Of a stretch of DNA of 64,000 nt, positions 1 to 8,664 are shown piece by piece. The notes under the pieces were generated by a model. The model saw only the letters and a program-made list of their open reading frames with translations. It searched no databases and was not told where the DNA came from. Positions within the stretch are counted from its first letter, which is position 1. Each line of letters starts with the position of its first letter. The translations under genes and the position numbers were made by a program. This DNA is from Gemmatimonadota bacterium (lineage in GTDB: Bacteria > Gemmatimonadota > Gemmatimonadetes > Longimicrobiales > Gaopeijiaceae): positions 2,119 through 66,118 of the forward strand of contig BTRA01000002.1 in NCBI GenBank assembly GCA_036986155.1, given 5' to 3'.

Positions 1-122
1 AGGTCGTACTCTCCCGACACAGAAAAGAGCTCCGATGTCTCCTCGATGTTGTCGGCGATGTGCGCCGCCACCTCGTAGGACGTACTCAGCTCGCATTTGA
101 TCATGACGAAGACGGCGTGCAT
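1..122 (-). CDS. Stand-alone Lrp/AsnC-type effector-domain protein; only the 5' part is present because it runs off the window start
   Basis: It is open-ended, so it is absent from the ORF track. Reverse-strand ATG at 122 has GGGAG about 8 nt upstream. Translation is MHAVFVMIKCELSTSYEVAAHIADNIEETSELFSVSGEYDL..., which fits the small AsnC-family ligand-binding domain pattern ending in G-x-y-D-l. Confidence 0.6.
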   Translation of the reverse strand, partial: MHAVFVMIKCELSTSYEVAAHIADNIEETSELFSVSGEYD

Positions 123-318
123 CGCTTCGACTCCCGATCCTGGCGTGAATGGTGGTGGAGGGCGAATAATGGCGGTCCCGGCCTCGGTTCGCGAGTCCTG
201 GAATCACCTGCAGGAATTGTGACGGAAGAAAGCTGCCAAAATGGCAGCGAACGGACCCGCCGTTTTGGCGGGTTAGGAGGAATGCCGAAATGTCATGCAG
301 AGGGGAGCCTGGAATGCC

Positions 319-429
319 TTACGCACCCGCCAGCATGTAACCAAGAAAAATGGCCACATAGGACAGCACCACCAGCCCTGTCCTTACCGTCCCCCAGACC
401 TCCGCACCGTCCTTGGTCAACGCCACCAT
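319..429 (-). CDS. Possible 36-aa single-pass membrane peptide (hypothetical)
   Basis: ATG at 429 is preceded by GGGGGA with a 7-nt spacer. Translation is MVALTKDGAEVWGTVRTGLVVLSYVAIFLGYMLAGA, with one hydrophobic helix and mostly G/C third positions. No family recognised. Confidence 0.25.
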   Translation of the reverse strand: MVALTKDGAEVWGTVRTGLVVLSYVAIFLGYMLAGA

Positions 430-668
430 CGTCCGATCCCCCATTATTGAATCACTGAATTCCTCTATGCCATGCGTTACGTATGCTCTCGTACGCATGA
501 GGCGTGCCAGGCCAGATGAGATCCTCGCAAGTGCTGTGATAGCAGTTCTTTGCACGGCTCGTCTCAACCAAGATGTTCGCCGGTCCCGGGAGTGGGTCGG
601 GGAAGTTGTCCCTTGGCGATGACACTTCCTGCCAAAGTGAACGTCCGCCGAAGAGGGCGAAGGGCTCG

Positions 669-1850
669 TCAGCCCTTCGGTGCGTCCACGAAGACCGGGT
701 TCGCGAGGATCCAGGGAAACGCGCGGGACAGCGATTCGGGACGGACCGAGACCTCGATCCGGTAGACGCCGGGGCCCGACACCGCGACCTCGATGGTAGC
801 CTCGCCGGTCTCGTAAATGACCACTCCATCACGGAGGAGGGTCAACGTGGTCGGCTCACCGATGGCCGGAAGCGTCACCCGCAGCGTAGCGCCCTCGGCC
901 CAAACTACCCGCTGGCCTGGTCCGGCCGAGTCTCCCCCCGCCTCGACCTCGACGGTGAGGCCTCGTGCGTCGGCAATTCCGTCGAATCCGCAGTAGCCGC
1001 GACCGCGCCTTAGCGCTTCGATGACGAGGTCACCGTCGTGGTACGGGTCACCCGAGGGAGCCCGGTCCAGGAAGACGTGTTGCCGGACGAGCCGAAAAAG
1101 GTGTCGATACGCGGGGAAGGGCAGGAAGCGGGTCTCCGTGAGCGCTACGCGGGCGTGCGCGTCCACGGAGCAGATGCCGGCGATGCGAGCCTCGCTCAAC
1201 AGGGCGTCCCACCGCGCCAGTGAGGAGGCAGGTCGGTCCACCAGCCTGGCCAAAGCAGACGTGGGCTCGAATGGGAGCAGCGGCAGCGCCCGCATCCAAT
1301 CCCACAGGGGGTCGCTCCGCCAGTCGGTGTCCCAGTTCCAGATCTCCAGGGCATCGAAGTGCCGGACGTCCCAGAACAGCCACGGGCGTCCCGGACCTCG
1401 GGGGTGCGCCACCACCCGAAGGACGTCTCCGGCGGCAATGGCGGGGTCGGGCCGTGCGCCGCCGGCGCGGGTGCGCTCGGGCCACTGCGCGGCTCGTCTG
1501 CTCGGGTCGTTACCGCCAATGACGAGGAGGTGCCCTCCCGGCACCCGCGCTTCCTCGCCGATGATGAGGAGGGCTCCCTCGCGGTACGTCCAGCGTTGCG
1601 CGGCCCAGACGTTGTGATCGGTTACGACGACGAAGTCCAGATCCGCCTCGCGCGCCGCGGCTGCTACGTCATCGAGCGTGCCACCGCCGTCGGAGTGTAC
1701 GGTGTGAACATGGATTGCGCCGACCCACTCCAGCGGTGAGGGGGTCGCCGGTGCCCCAAAGGGTTCACGCGCGCGGAGGGCCGCAAGCACGGTGGTGGCC
1801 ACCGTCAGAGTGACGAGGACGCCACCGGACACCAGGACTCGACGACCCAC
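669..1850 (-). CDS. PHP-domain metal-dependent phosphoesterase (CehA/McbA-like) with an N-terminal membrane anchor
   Basis: 393-aa ORF with the motif HVHTVHSDGGGTLDDV...DFVVVTDHN, typical of the PHP fold. GTG start overlaps the fhs stop (TAGTG). Confidence 0.8.
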   Translation of the reverse strand: MGRRVLVSGGVLVTLTVATTVLAALRAREPFGAPATPSPLEWVGAIHVHTVHSDGGGTLDDVAAAAREADLDFVVVTDHNVWAAQRWTYREGALLIIGEEARVPGGHLLVIGGNDPSRRAAQWPERTRAGGARPDPAIAAGDVLRVVAHPRGPGRPWLFWDVRHFDALEIWNWDTDWRSDPLWDWMRALPLLPFEPTSALARLVDRPASSLARWDALLSEARIAGICSVDAHARVALTETRFLPFPAYRHLFRLVRQHVFLDRAPSGDPYHDGDLVIEALRRGRGYCGFDGIADARGLTVEVEAGGDSAGPGQRVVWAEGATLRVTLPAIGEPTTLTLLRDGVVIYETGEATIEVAVSGPGVYRIEVSVRPESLSRAFPWILANPVFVDAPKG

Positions 1851-3526
1851 TACGCCAAGCCGACGATCTCGCCGTTGTCCTTCACGCTCATGCCCGTTGC
1901 CGCGGGACGGGCTGAAAGGCCCGGCATCGTCATGATGTCGCCGGTTTTCGCGACGACGAATCCGGCGCCCCCGGCCGGGATGACATCCCGCACCGTGATG
2001 TGGAACCCGCTAGGTCGTCCCAGCAGCTCCGGGTTGTCCGAGAAGGAGTACTGGGTCTTGGCCATGCATACGGGAGAGTCTCCCATACCGATGCCCTCGA
2101 GGCGCTCGATCGACTTCTCGGCGTCGATCAGGAATTCGACCCCCTCCGAGCCGTAGATTTCGCCGGCGATCAACTCGATCTTCTCGCGCAGCGTCATGTC
2201 GAGCGGATACAGCGGCTTATAGTCGGCCTCGCCCGACTCGAGCAAGTCCGTAAGGGCGTCGGCGAGCTCTAGCATGCCCTCGGCCGTAGAACTGTGCGGG
2301 TCGGCCTCCACCGCCTGGACGCCCAGCTCTTTGCATGCCTCGAGGATGGCACTCACTTCCCCTGCGGTGTCGGTGGCGAACCGGTTCACGGCAACGATCG
2401 CGGGCACCCCGAACTTCCTCAGGTTCTCGACATGTCCGACGAGGTTCGGAAGCCCTCGCTTCAAGGCCTCTACATCCTCCGTGGCGAGCATGTTCTTCTC
2501 CACACCGCCGTGCATCTTGAGCGCTCTCACCGTCGCCACGAGCACGACGGCCTCCGGCTCCAGGCCGCCGACGCGGCATTTGATGTCGAAGAACTTTTCC
2601 GCGCCCAGGTCCGCGCCGAACCCAGCCTCCGTTACGACGATGTCGCCGAACGCCAGTCCGGCCCTGGTGGCGATCAGCGAGTTGCACCCGTGGGCGATAT
2701 TGGCGAATGGGCCGCCATGGATGAAGGCCGGCGTCCTGCCCAACGTTTGTACGAGGTTGGGGTTGATGGCGTCTCTGAGGAGAACCGCCATTGCGCCGGG
2801 GGCATCCAGTTCCTTGGCACGGATAGGCGTGCCGGTTCGGGTATAGGCCACGATGATCTCACCGAGGCGCCTCGTGAGATCCGAAAGCCCGTCTGCCAGG
2901 CAGAAGATCGCCATGATCTCCGATGCGGCGGTGATCACGAAATGGTCCTCGCGCGGGATTCCACCGAGACGGCCCCCGAGCCCGATCGCGATCGAGCGGA
3001 GGGCACGGTCGTTCATGTCCACCGCGCGAGGCCAGACGATCTGCCGTTGATCGACATTGAGATCGTTCGGCCTGAATAGATGGTTGTCGAGCATCGCGGC
3101 GAGCAGCCCATGCGCGGCTGTGATCGCGTGGAAATCGCCCGTGAAATGGAGGTTGATGTCCGCCATGGGCACCACCTGAGAGTAACCTCCCCCGGCTGCG
3201 CCGCCCTTGATTCCGAACACCGGCCCGAGGCTCGGTTCCCGGAGGCAGAGGACCGGGTTGCGCCCTCTCACGTTCAGCGCGTCCGCCAACCCGACCGAAG
3301 TGGTGGACTTTCCCTCGCCCGCCGGGGTTGGGCTGATGGCGGTGACGAGGACGAGCTTGCCCTTGGGTCCGCTGTGGTTCTGGAAGGCATCGAGCGGCAC
3401 CTTCGCCTTGTGGTGCCCGTAGTTTTCGATGTCGGCGGGCCCGAGGCCGAGCGTTTCTGCGATTTCGACGATAGGCCGAAGTTCGGCCGACTGGGCGATC
3501 TGGATGTCCGTCGGTGTCTGGCTCAA
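1850..3526 (-). CDS. fhs: Formate--tetrahydrofolate ligase
   Basis: 558 aa and full length. Contains the P-loop segment TPAGEGKSTTSVGL and conserved FTHFS blocks throughout. Confidence 0.97.
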   Translation of the reverse strand: MSQTPTDIQIAQSAELRPIVEIAETLGLGPADIENYGHHKAKVPLDAFQNHSGPKGKLVLVTAISPTPAGEGKSTTSVGLADALNVRGRNPVLCLREPSLGPVFGIKGGAAGGGYSQVVPMADINLHFTGDFHAITAAHGLLAAMLDNHLFRPNDLNVDQRQIVWPRAVDMNDRALRSIAIGLGGRLGGIPREDHFVITAASEIMAIFCLADGLSDLTRRLGEIIVAYTRTGTPIRAKELDAPGAMAVLLRDAINPNLVQTLGRTPAFIHGGPFANIAHGCNSLIATRAGLAFGDIVVTEAGFGADLGAEKFFDIKCRVGGLEPEAVVLVATVRALKMHGGVEKNMLATEDVEALKRGLPNLVGHVENLRKFGVPAIVAVNRFATDTAGEVSAILEACKELGVQAVEADPHSSTAEGMLELADALTDLLESGEADYKPLYPLDMTLREKIELIAGEIYGSEGVEFLIDAEKSIERLEGIGMGDSPVCMAKTQYSFSDNPELLGRPSGFHITVRDVIPAGGAGFVVAKTGDIMTMPGLSARPAATGMSVKDNGEIVGLA

Positions 3527-3705
3527 GTCGCATCCTTCCGAGTGGCGGTATGGCCGCCCGTGGGAGGCCTTCTGGCGCGGCCCGGATTATAGGGAGTAAC
3601 CGGCGAATGTGGCACCCCTCGTCGTGCTTCCAGCCTCCCTGGAGGGCGACAGCGAGCGGCGAGTCGCCTTGCGTCGGCCGGTGCGGCAGGGTCAAATGGG
3701 AGGCC

Positions 3706-3942
3706 ATGACTCTGCCGCCGCCCCGATTCCGATCGCACTACAGGCCGCGCACTGCCGCCGGATGGGTGGCCATCGTGTCGTTCTCGCTTCTGATGGCCAT
3801 GGCGCAGCCCCCGATCGTGCACACGCTGGCCAATCGTACCGAGCCGTGGATTTTGGGGATGCCGTTCCTCTATGTCTACCTCCTGGCGGTGTACGTGGCG
3901 ATGATCGGCGTGCTCATCTGGGCCGTGCGGAAGGGCATCTAG
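3706..3942 (+). CDS. DUF3311-like small membrane protein (accessory subunit commonly found upstream of SSF symporters)
   Basis: ATG at 3706 follows GGGAGG. The 78-aa product contains ...NRTEPWILGMPFLYVYLL..., the pattern characteristic of DUF3311. Its stop TAG overlaps the GTG of the next gene. Confidence 0.7.
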   Translation: MTLPPPRFRSHYRPRTAAGWVAIVSFSLLMAMAQPPIVHTLANRTEPWILGMPFLYVYLLAVYVAMIGVLIWAVRKGI

Positions 3943-5429
3943 TGGAGCCGTGGGTCGTCTCCACTAGCCTGATCTTCGCGTACATCGTGGTCACTATCGT
4001 GCTCGGCGTGGTGGCGAACCGCCGCATGACCGTCGATCTGGAGGACTTCCTTCTGTACGGCCGGCAGGCCGGGTTCGTCGTGCTCTACCTGACGGTCGTG
4101 GCCTCCTTTCACTCTGCTTTCGCCTTCTTGGGTTCGGGGGGCTTCTTCTACACGCATGGAATCGGCTTTTGGGCTGCGGGGACCTGGACTGTTCTCGTGG
4201 GGGCGATCACGTACGTACTCGGGAGCCGGATCTGGGCGGTCGGCAAACGATTCGGGTATATGACGCCGGCCGACATGTTGGCCGATTTCTACGAGAGCGA
4301 TGCCGTGAGGGTCGTGGTGGCCTCGGTGTCAGTGCTGTTCACGATCCTGTACATCCAGGTCCAGGCGCAGGGACTCGGGTACATCATCTCGGTGGCCTCT
4401 GGGGGAAGGATCTCGTACGAGGTCGGAACCGCGGTCCTCCTGGCTGTCGCGGCCGGATACCTCATGGCTGGCGGCCTCAGGGCTGTGTACTGGACCGATG
4501 TCGTGCAGGGAATCTGGATGTACGTAGCCATCTGGGTGGGGGCCCTCATATTGACGGAGCGGCTTTTCGGAGGGCCGATCGAGCTCTGGCGTAGGGTGGC
4601 CGCAGAGCGGCCCGACCTACTGAGTCTCCCTGGCCCGGAAGGGTTCTTTACACCGGGAATGTGGGTCGGGATGAGTGTGGCGCTTTCGTTCGGAATCATC
4701 CTCCAGCCGCACATGATGATCAGGTACTTCACAGCCGCCTCGGGCCGCACGATCAAGTGGCTCGGCGCAACGACGCCGATCTTCCTGATGACCCTCTACA
4801 TTCCCGCGGCGCTCGTCGGTCTCGGAGGTGCCCTGATCATGCCCGATATCGACGTACCCGATCGAATCTTCCCGGAACTGCTGTTCACCTACGCGCCGGC
4901 TTGGCTGACCGGCGTGATCCTGGCGGGGGCGACCGCGGCTGCGATGTCCACCCTGGACTCGATTCTGCACGCCAACATGACCGTGCTCACGCGGGATATC
5001 TATCAGCGGTTTTTGGCACCCGGCCGCAGCGAGCGACACTACATCCGCGTGGGACAGGTCATCGTGCTAGGTCTTCTGGTGGTCGGCTACATCCTCTCGG
5101 TGGGCACGTTCGAGCTCCTGGTCACGCTGGTGACCCTTTCCGGGGCGGGTGCGCTTCAGTTGCTGCCGGGGGTGATGGGTGTGTGCTTCCCGACTGCCCG
5201 ACCCTGGACGAGGAACGGTGTACTGGCTGGAATCGGTGTGGGGTTGGCGGTGCTCTATGCGACGCTGGTGGTGTGGCCGCATCCCTTCGCTGTGCACGGC
5301 GCCATCTGGTCCATCTCAGCCAACTTTCTGGCGTGCATAGTGGTTTCCAGATTCTCGGCGCCGCCCTCGAACGAGACTGTGGCGCGAGTGCATGGCGAGG
5401 TGGAGCGCTTCGTCTACGGCGACGGCTAA
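3942..5429 (+). CDS. Sodium:solute symporter family (SSF) transporter
   Basis: The track ORF 3609..5429 has an Arg/Ala-rich, non-membrane N-terminus. The hydrophobic protein begins at GTG 3942 (VEPWVVSTSLIFAYIVV...). It has 12-13 predicted TM helices and SSF-like blocks. Confidence 0.9.
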   Translation: MEPWVVSTSLIFAYIVVTIVLGVVANRRMTVDLEDFLLYGRQAGFVVLYLTVVASFHSAFAFLGSGGFFYTHGIGFWAAGTWTVLVGAITYVLGSRIWAVGKRFGYMTPADMLADFYESDAVRVVVASVSVLFTILYIQVQAQGLGYIISVASGGRISYEVGTAVLLAVAAGYLMAGGLRAVYWTDVVQGIWMYVAIWVGALILTERLFGGPIELWRRVAAERPDLLSLPGPEGFFTPGMWVGMSVALSFGIILQPHMMIRYFTAASGRTIKWLGATTPIFLMTLYIPAALVGLGGALIMPDIDVPDRIFPELLFTYAPAWLTGVILAGATAAAMSTLDSILHANMTVLTRDIYQRFLAPGRSERHYIRVGQVIVLGLLVVGYILSVGTFELLVTLVTLSGAGALQLLPGVMGVCFPTARPWTRNGVLAGIGVGLAVLYATLVVWPHPFAVHGAIWSISANFLACIVVSRFSAPPSNETVARVHGEVERFVYGDG

Positions 5430-5526
5430 CCCCCTTGGTTCTGGTTTCGCGCCGGATCTCACGCTGACGTGGCGGAGCCCGGTCATGTACGTCGCTGGCG
5501 TCTAGCGAGTCGACGAGGGGAGAAGG

Positions 5527-7857
5527 CTATCCGAGGTGGGCCCTTAGCAACTCCTGGACCACCTCGGGGTCGGCGTTGCCGTCCGTACTGCGCATCACCT
5601 GTCCGACGAAGAATCCGATGAGACCGTGTTTTCCGCTTCGATATGAGGCCACCTCATCGGGATGGGCGTCTACCAACTCCATGATGATCTGCTCCAGGAT
5701 CTCCGGATCGCTGATCTGAGAGAGCCCGTGGGCCTCGACGATCGCCTCCGGGCTCCCTCCGGACCTCGCCATGACGGCCAGGACCTCCCTTCCGCCCCTC
5801 ACGCTCACGGCTCCGGCTTCGACCATCTCGACGAGGTGAGCGAGGTCGGCGGGCTCGACCGGGAATTCGCTCGGGCTCCGGTCATCCAGGATGCGAATCA
5901 CGTCGTTGATGATCCAGTTGGCGATTTGGCGAACCACCACCGACCCGGTCACGGCCCGCTCGAAGTATTCGGATAGGGTGGCGCTCTGAGCCAGAACTTC
6001 CGCGTCACCCTCGGGCAACCCGAATTCGCTTGTATAGCGGTCGAAACGGGCCGCGGCCTCGGGGTCTTCGGGCCGGTGTACCCGTGGTGTGTTCTGTGCC
6101 GGTACCGGGCTCGGAGGCGGCGGGGCCGCAGCCTCGCTCGCCGTGACCGTGGATGCCGTTTTCTTCGCCCAACTGTCACGAAGCGTGACGGTACGATTGA
6201 AGACCAGGGAGTCCGGAGTGGAGTCCGCCTCATCCCGGTAAAAATAGCCCTGCCGCTCGAACTGGTAATGCCTATCGGGCGGGTCGGACGCCACCGATGG
6301 CTCGACCCGCGCATCGGCCAGGACGACCAGAGATTCGGGATTGATGCCGTCCCGGAAGTCCTCGCCCTCCTCGACGTCGTCCGGGTTCTCCTTGAGGAAG
6401 AGCCGATCGTAGAGGCGCACCTCTACGGGTAGCGAATGAACGGCCGAGACCCAATGAATGGTCCCCTTGATTCTCCGCCCGTCCGGGGTCGTTCCGCCTC
6501 GCGTATCCGGGTCGTACGTACAGTGGATCTCCTTGATTTTGCCGTCCGCCGACTTCACGACGTCCACGCACTTGACGACATACCCGTACCGGAGGCGCAC
6601 CTCCCGTCCGGGTGCCAATCGGTGAAAGCCCTTTGGGGGTTTCTCCGAAAAGTCGTCGCGCTCGATGAGCAGCTCACGCGTAAACGGTACGGCTCGAGAT
6701 CCCTCCTTTCCGATATCCGACGGGAAGTAGGGCGCCTCCAACTCCTCCGTCTCCCCAGCAGGGTAATTCGTGAGCACGAGCTTCAGTGGCCGCAGGACGC
6801 ACATCACGCGAGGCGCCGTGGGGTTGAGATCCGTTCGAATGGAATACTCCAGTTTGCCGAGGTCCACTCGGTTCTGGACCTTCGCGACCCCGATCATGTC
6901 GCAGAACGCTCGGATCGCGGTGGGCTGTACGCCCCGTCGCCGGAGGGCCGCGAGCGTAGGCATGCGAGGGTCGTCCCAGCCATTCACCAGGCCGGCCTCG
7001 ATCAGGGGGAGTAGTCGACGCTTGCTGACGACTGTGTATGCGAGGTTCAGGCGGGCGAACTCATACTGGCGTGGATGAGGCTTGGGTACCTCCAGGTTGT
7101 CGAGAATCCAATCGTAGACCTCGCGGTTGTTCTCGAACTCGAGAGTACACAGCGAGTGCGTGATGCCCTCGATGGAGTCCGACAAGCCATGGGCGAAATC
7201 GTACAGTGGGTAGATGCACCACTCGTCACCGGTCCGATAGTGGTGGGCTCGCCGGATCCGGTAGAGCAGGGGGTCGCGCATCAACATGTTCGGCGACTCC
7301 ATGTCGATTTTCGCACGCAGAACATGGGCGCCGTCCGCAAACTCGCCCGCTCGCATCCGCCGGAAGAGGTCGAGGTTTTCCTTCGGAGACCTGTCCCGGT
7401 ATGGACTGGGCTTCCCGGGGGCGGTGACGGATCCCCGCAGAGTGCGAATCTCCTCTTCGGTCGACGAGTCTACATATGCCTTCCCGGACTCGACGAGCTG
7501 CTCGGCGTAGCCGTAGAGTCGCTCGAAGTAATCCGAAGCGTGGAAGAGGTTGTCGCCCCAGTCGAAGCCCAACCAGCGGATATCCTCCTTCATCGCTTCG
7601 ACGTAACGCTCGTCCTCGGTGGTGGGGTTCGTATCATCGAACCGGAGGTGGGTTACGCCGTCGTGTTCGGCCGCCGCACCGAAGTTCAGGCAGATGGACT
7701 TCGCGTGCCCGATGTGGAGGAAGCCGTTCGGCTCGGGAGGGAAGCGTGTGACCACCCTTCCCCCGTGTGTCCCGGCTAAGACATCCTCGCGGATGATGGC
7801 CCGGATGAAGTCCAGCCCCTCGGCCGTGTTTCCCTCGTTCATGGTGCTCGATCCCAC
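5527..7857 (-). CDS. glnS: Glutamine--tRNA ligase with a C-terminal GatB/YqeY-like domain
   Basis: The class I HIGH motif is present (PEPNGFLHIGHAK) and GlnRS core blocks are present. The C-terminal ~150 aa (...ANWIINDV...GLIGFFVGQVMRSTDGNADPEVV...) resemble the GatB/YqeY tail. Alternative start ATG at 7842. Confidence 0.95.
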   Translation of the reverse strand: MGSSTMNEGNTAEGLDFIRAIIREDVLAGTHGGRVVTRFPPEPNGFLHIGHAKSICLNFGAAAEHDGVTHLRFDDTNPTTEDERYVEAMKEDIRWLGFDWGDNLFHASDYFERLYGYAEQLVESGKAYVDSSTEEEIRTLRGSVTAPGKPSPYRDRSPKENLDLFRRMRAGEFADGAHVLRAKIDMESPNMLMRDPLLYRIRRAHHYRTGDEWCIYPLYDFAHGLSDSIEGITHSLCTLEFENNREVYDWILDNLEVPKPHPRQYEFARLNLAYTVVSKRRLLPLIEAGLVNGWDDPRMPTLAALRRRGVQPTAIRAFCDMIGVAKVQNRVDLGKLEYSIRTDLNPTAPRVMCVLRPLKLVLTNYPAGETEELEAPYFPSDIGKEGSRAVPFTRELLIERDDFSEKPPKGFHRLAPGREVRLRYGYVVKCVDVVKSADGKIKEIHCTYDPDTRGGTTPDGRRIKGTIHWVSAVHSLPVEVRLYDRLFLKENPDDVEEGEDFRDGINPESLVVLADARVEPSVASDPPDRHYQFERQGYFYRDEADSTPDSLVFNRTVTLRDSWAKKTASTVTASEAAAPPPPSPVPAQNTPRVHRPEDPEAAARFDRYTSEFGLPEGDAEVLAQSATLSEYFERAVTGSVVVRQIANWIINDVIRILDDRSPSEFPVEPADLAHLVEMVEAGAVSVRGGREVLAVMARSGGSPEAIVEAHGLSQISDPEILEQIIMELVDAHPDEVASYRSGKHGLIGFFVGQVMRSTDGNADPEVVQELLRAHLG

Positions 7858-8198
7858 TCTGCCGGCCGGTCGGGAGGCCAGGGGGCAACGTTGGTGGATC
7901 TTGAAGAACTTCGGAGTCTAACGATGCAATGCGGGTTTGGTCTACGGGAAGATTCGAACACTCGGGCGACATCACCTTCGCCGGCGTCTGGCTTGCGCCC
8001 GGTGACGAACAGGGTGTCGGAGAAAGACGGTGGGGGCAGCCCACGGATTCAATCCAGTGGGCGGCCCCCGGTCGTCTTCCCTTTCGGGAAGGGCTTTGGC
8101 GGGAAAAAATCCCGGAGGCCGTTACCCGTTCGGTGCCGGCCTCGATAAGGGAATCGTTGAAAGAAGCGCTAGGTTCCCTCCGGCCTCCAAATCAAGAA

Positions 8199-8231
8199 GG
8201 TGCCCTCGGGGATACTCTCCCCGAGGGCACC
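8199..8231 (-). terminator. Intrinsic terminator-like hairpin downstream of the small Arg-rich ORF
   Basis: Perfect 13-bp stem GGTGCCCTCGGGG / CCCCGAGGGCACC with a 7-nt loop. On the minus strand it is followed by TTCTTGATTT. It lies 18 nt after the stop at 8249. Confidence 0.6.
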
Positions 8232-8248
8232 TTCGAACGGTCCGTTTC

Positions 8249-8536
8249 TTAGGCGACGCGGCGCTCGGCGCCCCGTCGCTCGGTGCGGCTCCGGCGCGTC
8301 GCCTCATCTCGCCGGTCGTCGGCGACCCTGCGCCCTACACCTATCCGGCGGCTGTCCACGCGGTCGTCCTGCCGGACTTTGGCAGCATAGACGCGCCGGT
8401 TCCAGACGCGGCGTCCTTTGCCGTACCGGCGCGTGGCGAGTTCGCGGCGACCCCAGCTTCGGCGATCGCTTTCACCCCTCCGGGTCGCGTTCTGTCTTCG
8501 GTCGACCTCGGAGTTCATCTTTTCCTCTTCCGACAT
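8249..8536 (-). CDS. Small, highly basic Arg-rich protein (hypothetical, 95 aa)
   Basis: ATG at 8536 is preceded by AGGAAG. Third codon positions are strongly G/C, and a strong hairpin terminator follows. The sequence MSEEEKMNSEVDRRQNATRRGESDRRSWGRRELATRRYGKGRR... has repeated DRR/GRR units. No family recognised. Confidence 0.55.
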   Translation of the reverse strand: MSEEEKMNSEVDRRQNATRRGESDRRSWGRRELATRRYGKGRRVWNRRVYAAKVRQDDRVDSRRIGVGRRVADDRRDEATRRSRTERRGAERRVA

Positions 8537-8664
8537 GCATCTTCCTTTCGTGCCGGGCCCATGTTTCGGCATGATCCCGTACTATCATCTGCGGTACAAG
8601 CTGATCTCAATAATGGATACGTCCCCGGCGTGTGTCCAGAAAAATCCCATCAACGAAGTCGCTC

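Noticed and set aside
3514-3941. Long N-terminal extensions of the DUF3311 ORF (from 3514) and the symporter ORF (from 3609).
   Set aside because: The extensions are Arg/Gly/Ala-rich, overlap each other in different frames and lack membrane character. Good start sites with RBS or coupling signals exist at 3706 and 3942.
7946-8090. tRNA-Sec (selC)-like or tmRNA-like signals: GGAAGAT at 7947, GATTCGAA at 7950-7957, and a 7-nt loop ATTCAAT (UCA preceded by U, followed by A) at 8047-8053.
   Set aside because: No cloverleaf can be drawn. There is no T-arm with a TTC loop at the right distance, no D-arm and no CCA-proximal acceptor pairing of tRNA length. The sequence folds into one long rod-like hairpin instead. 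No tmRNA 3' tRNA-like end or tag ORF was found.
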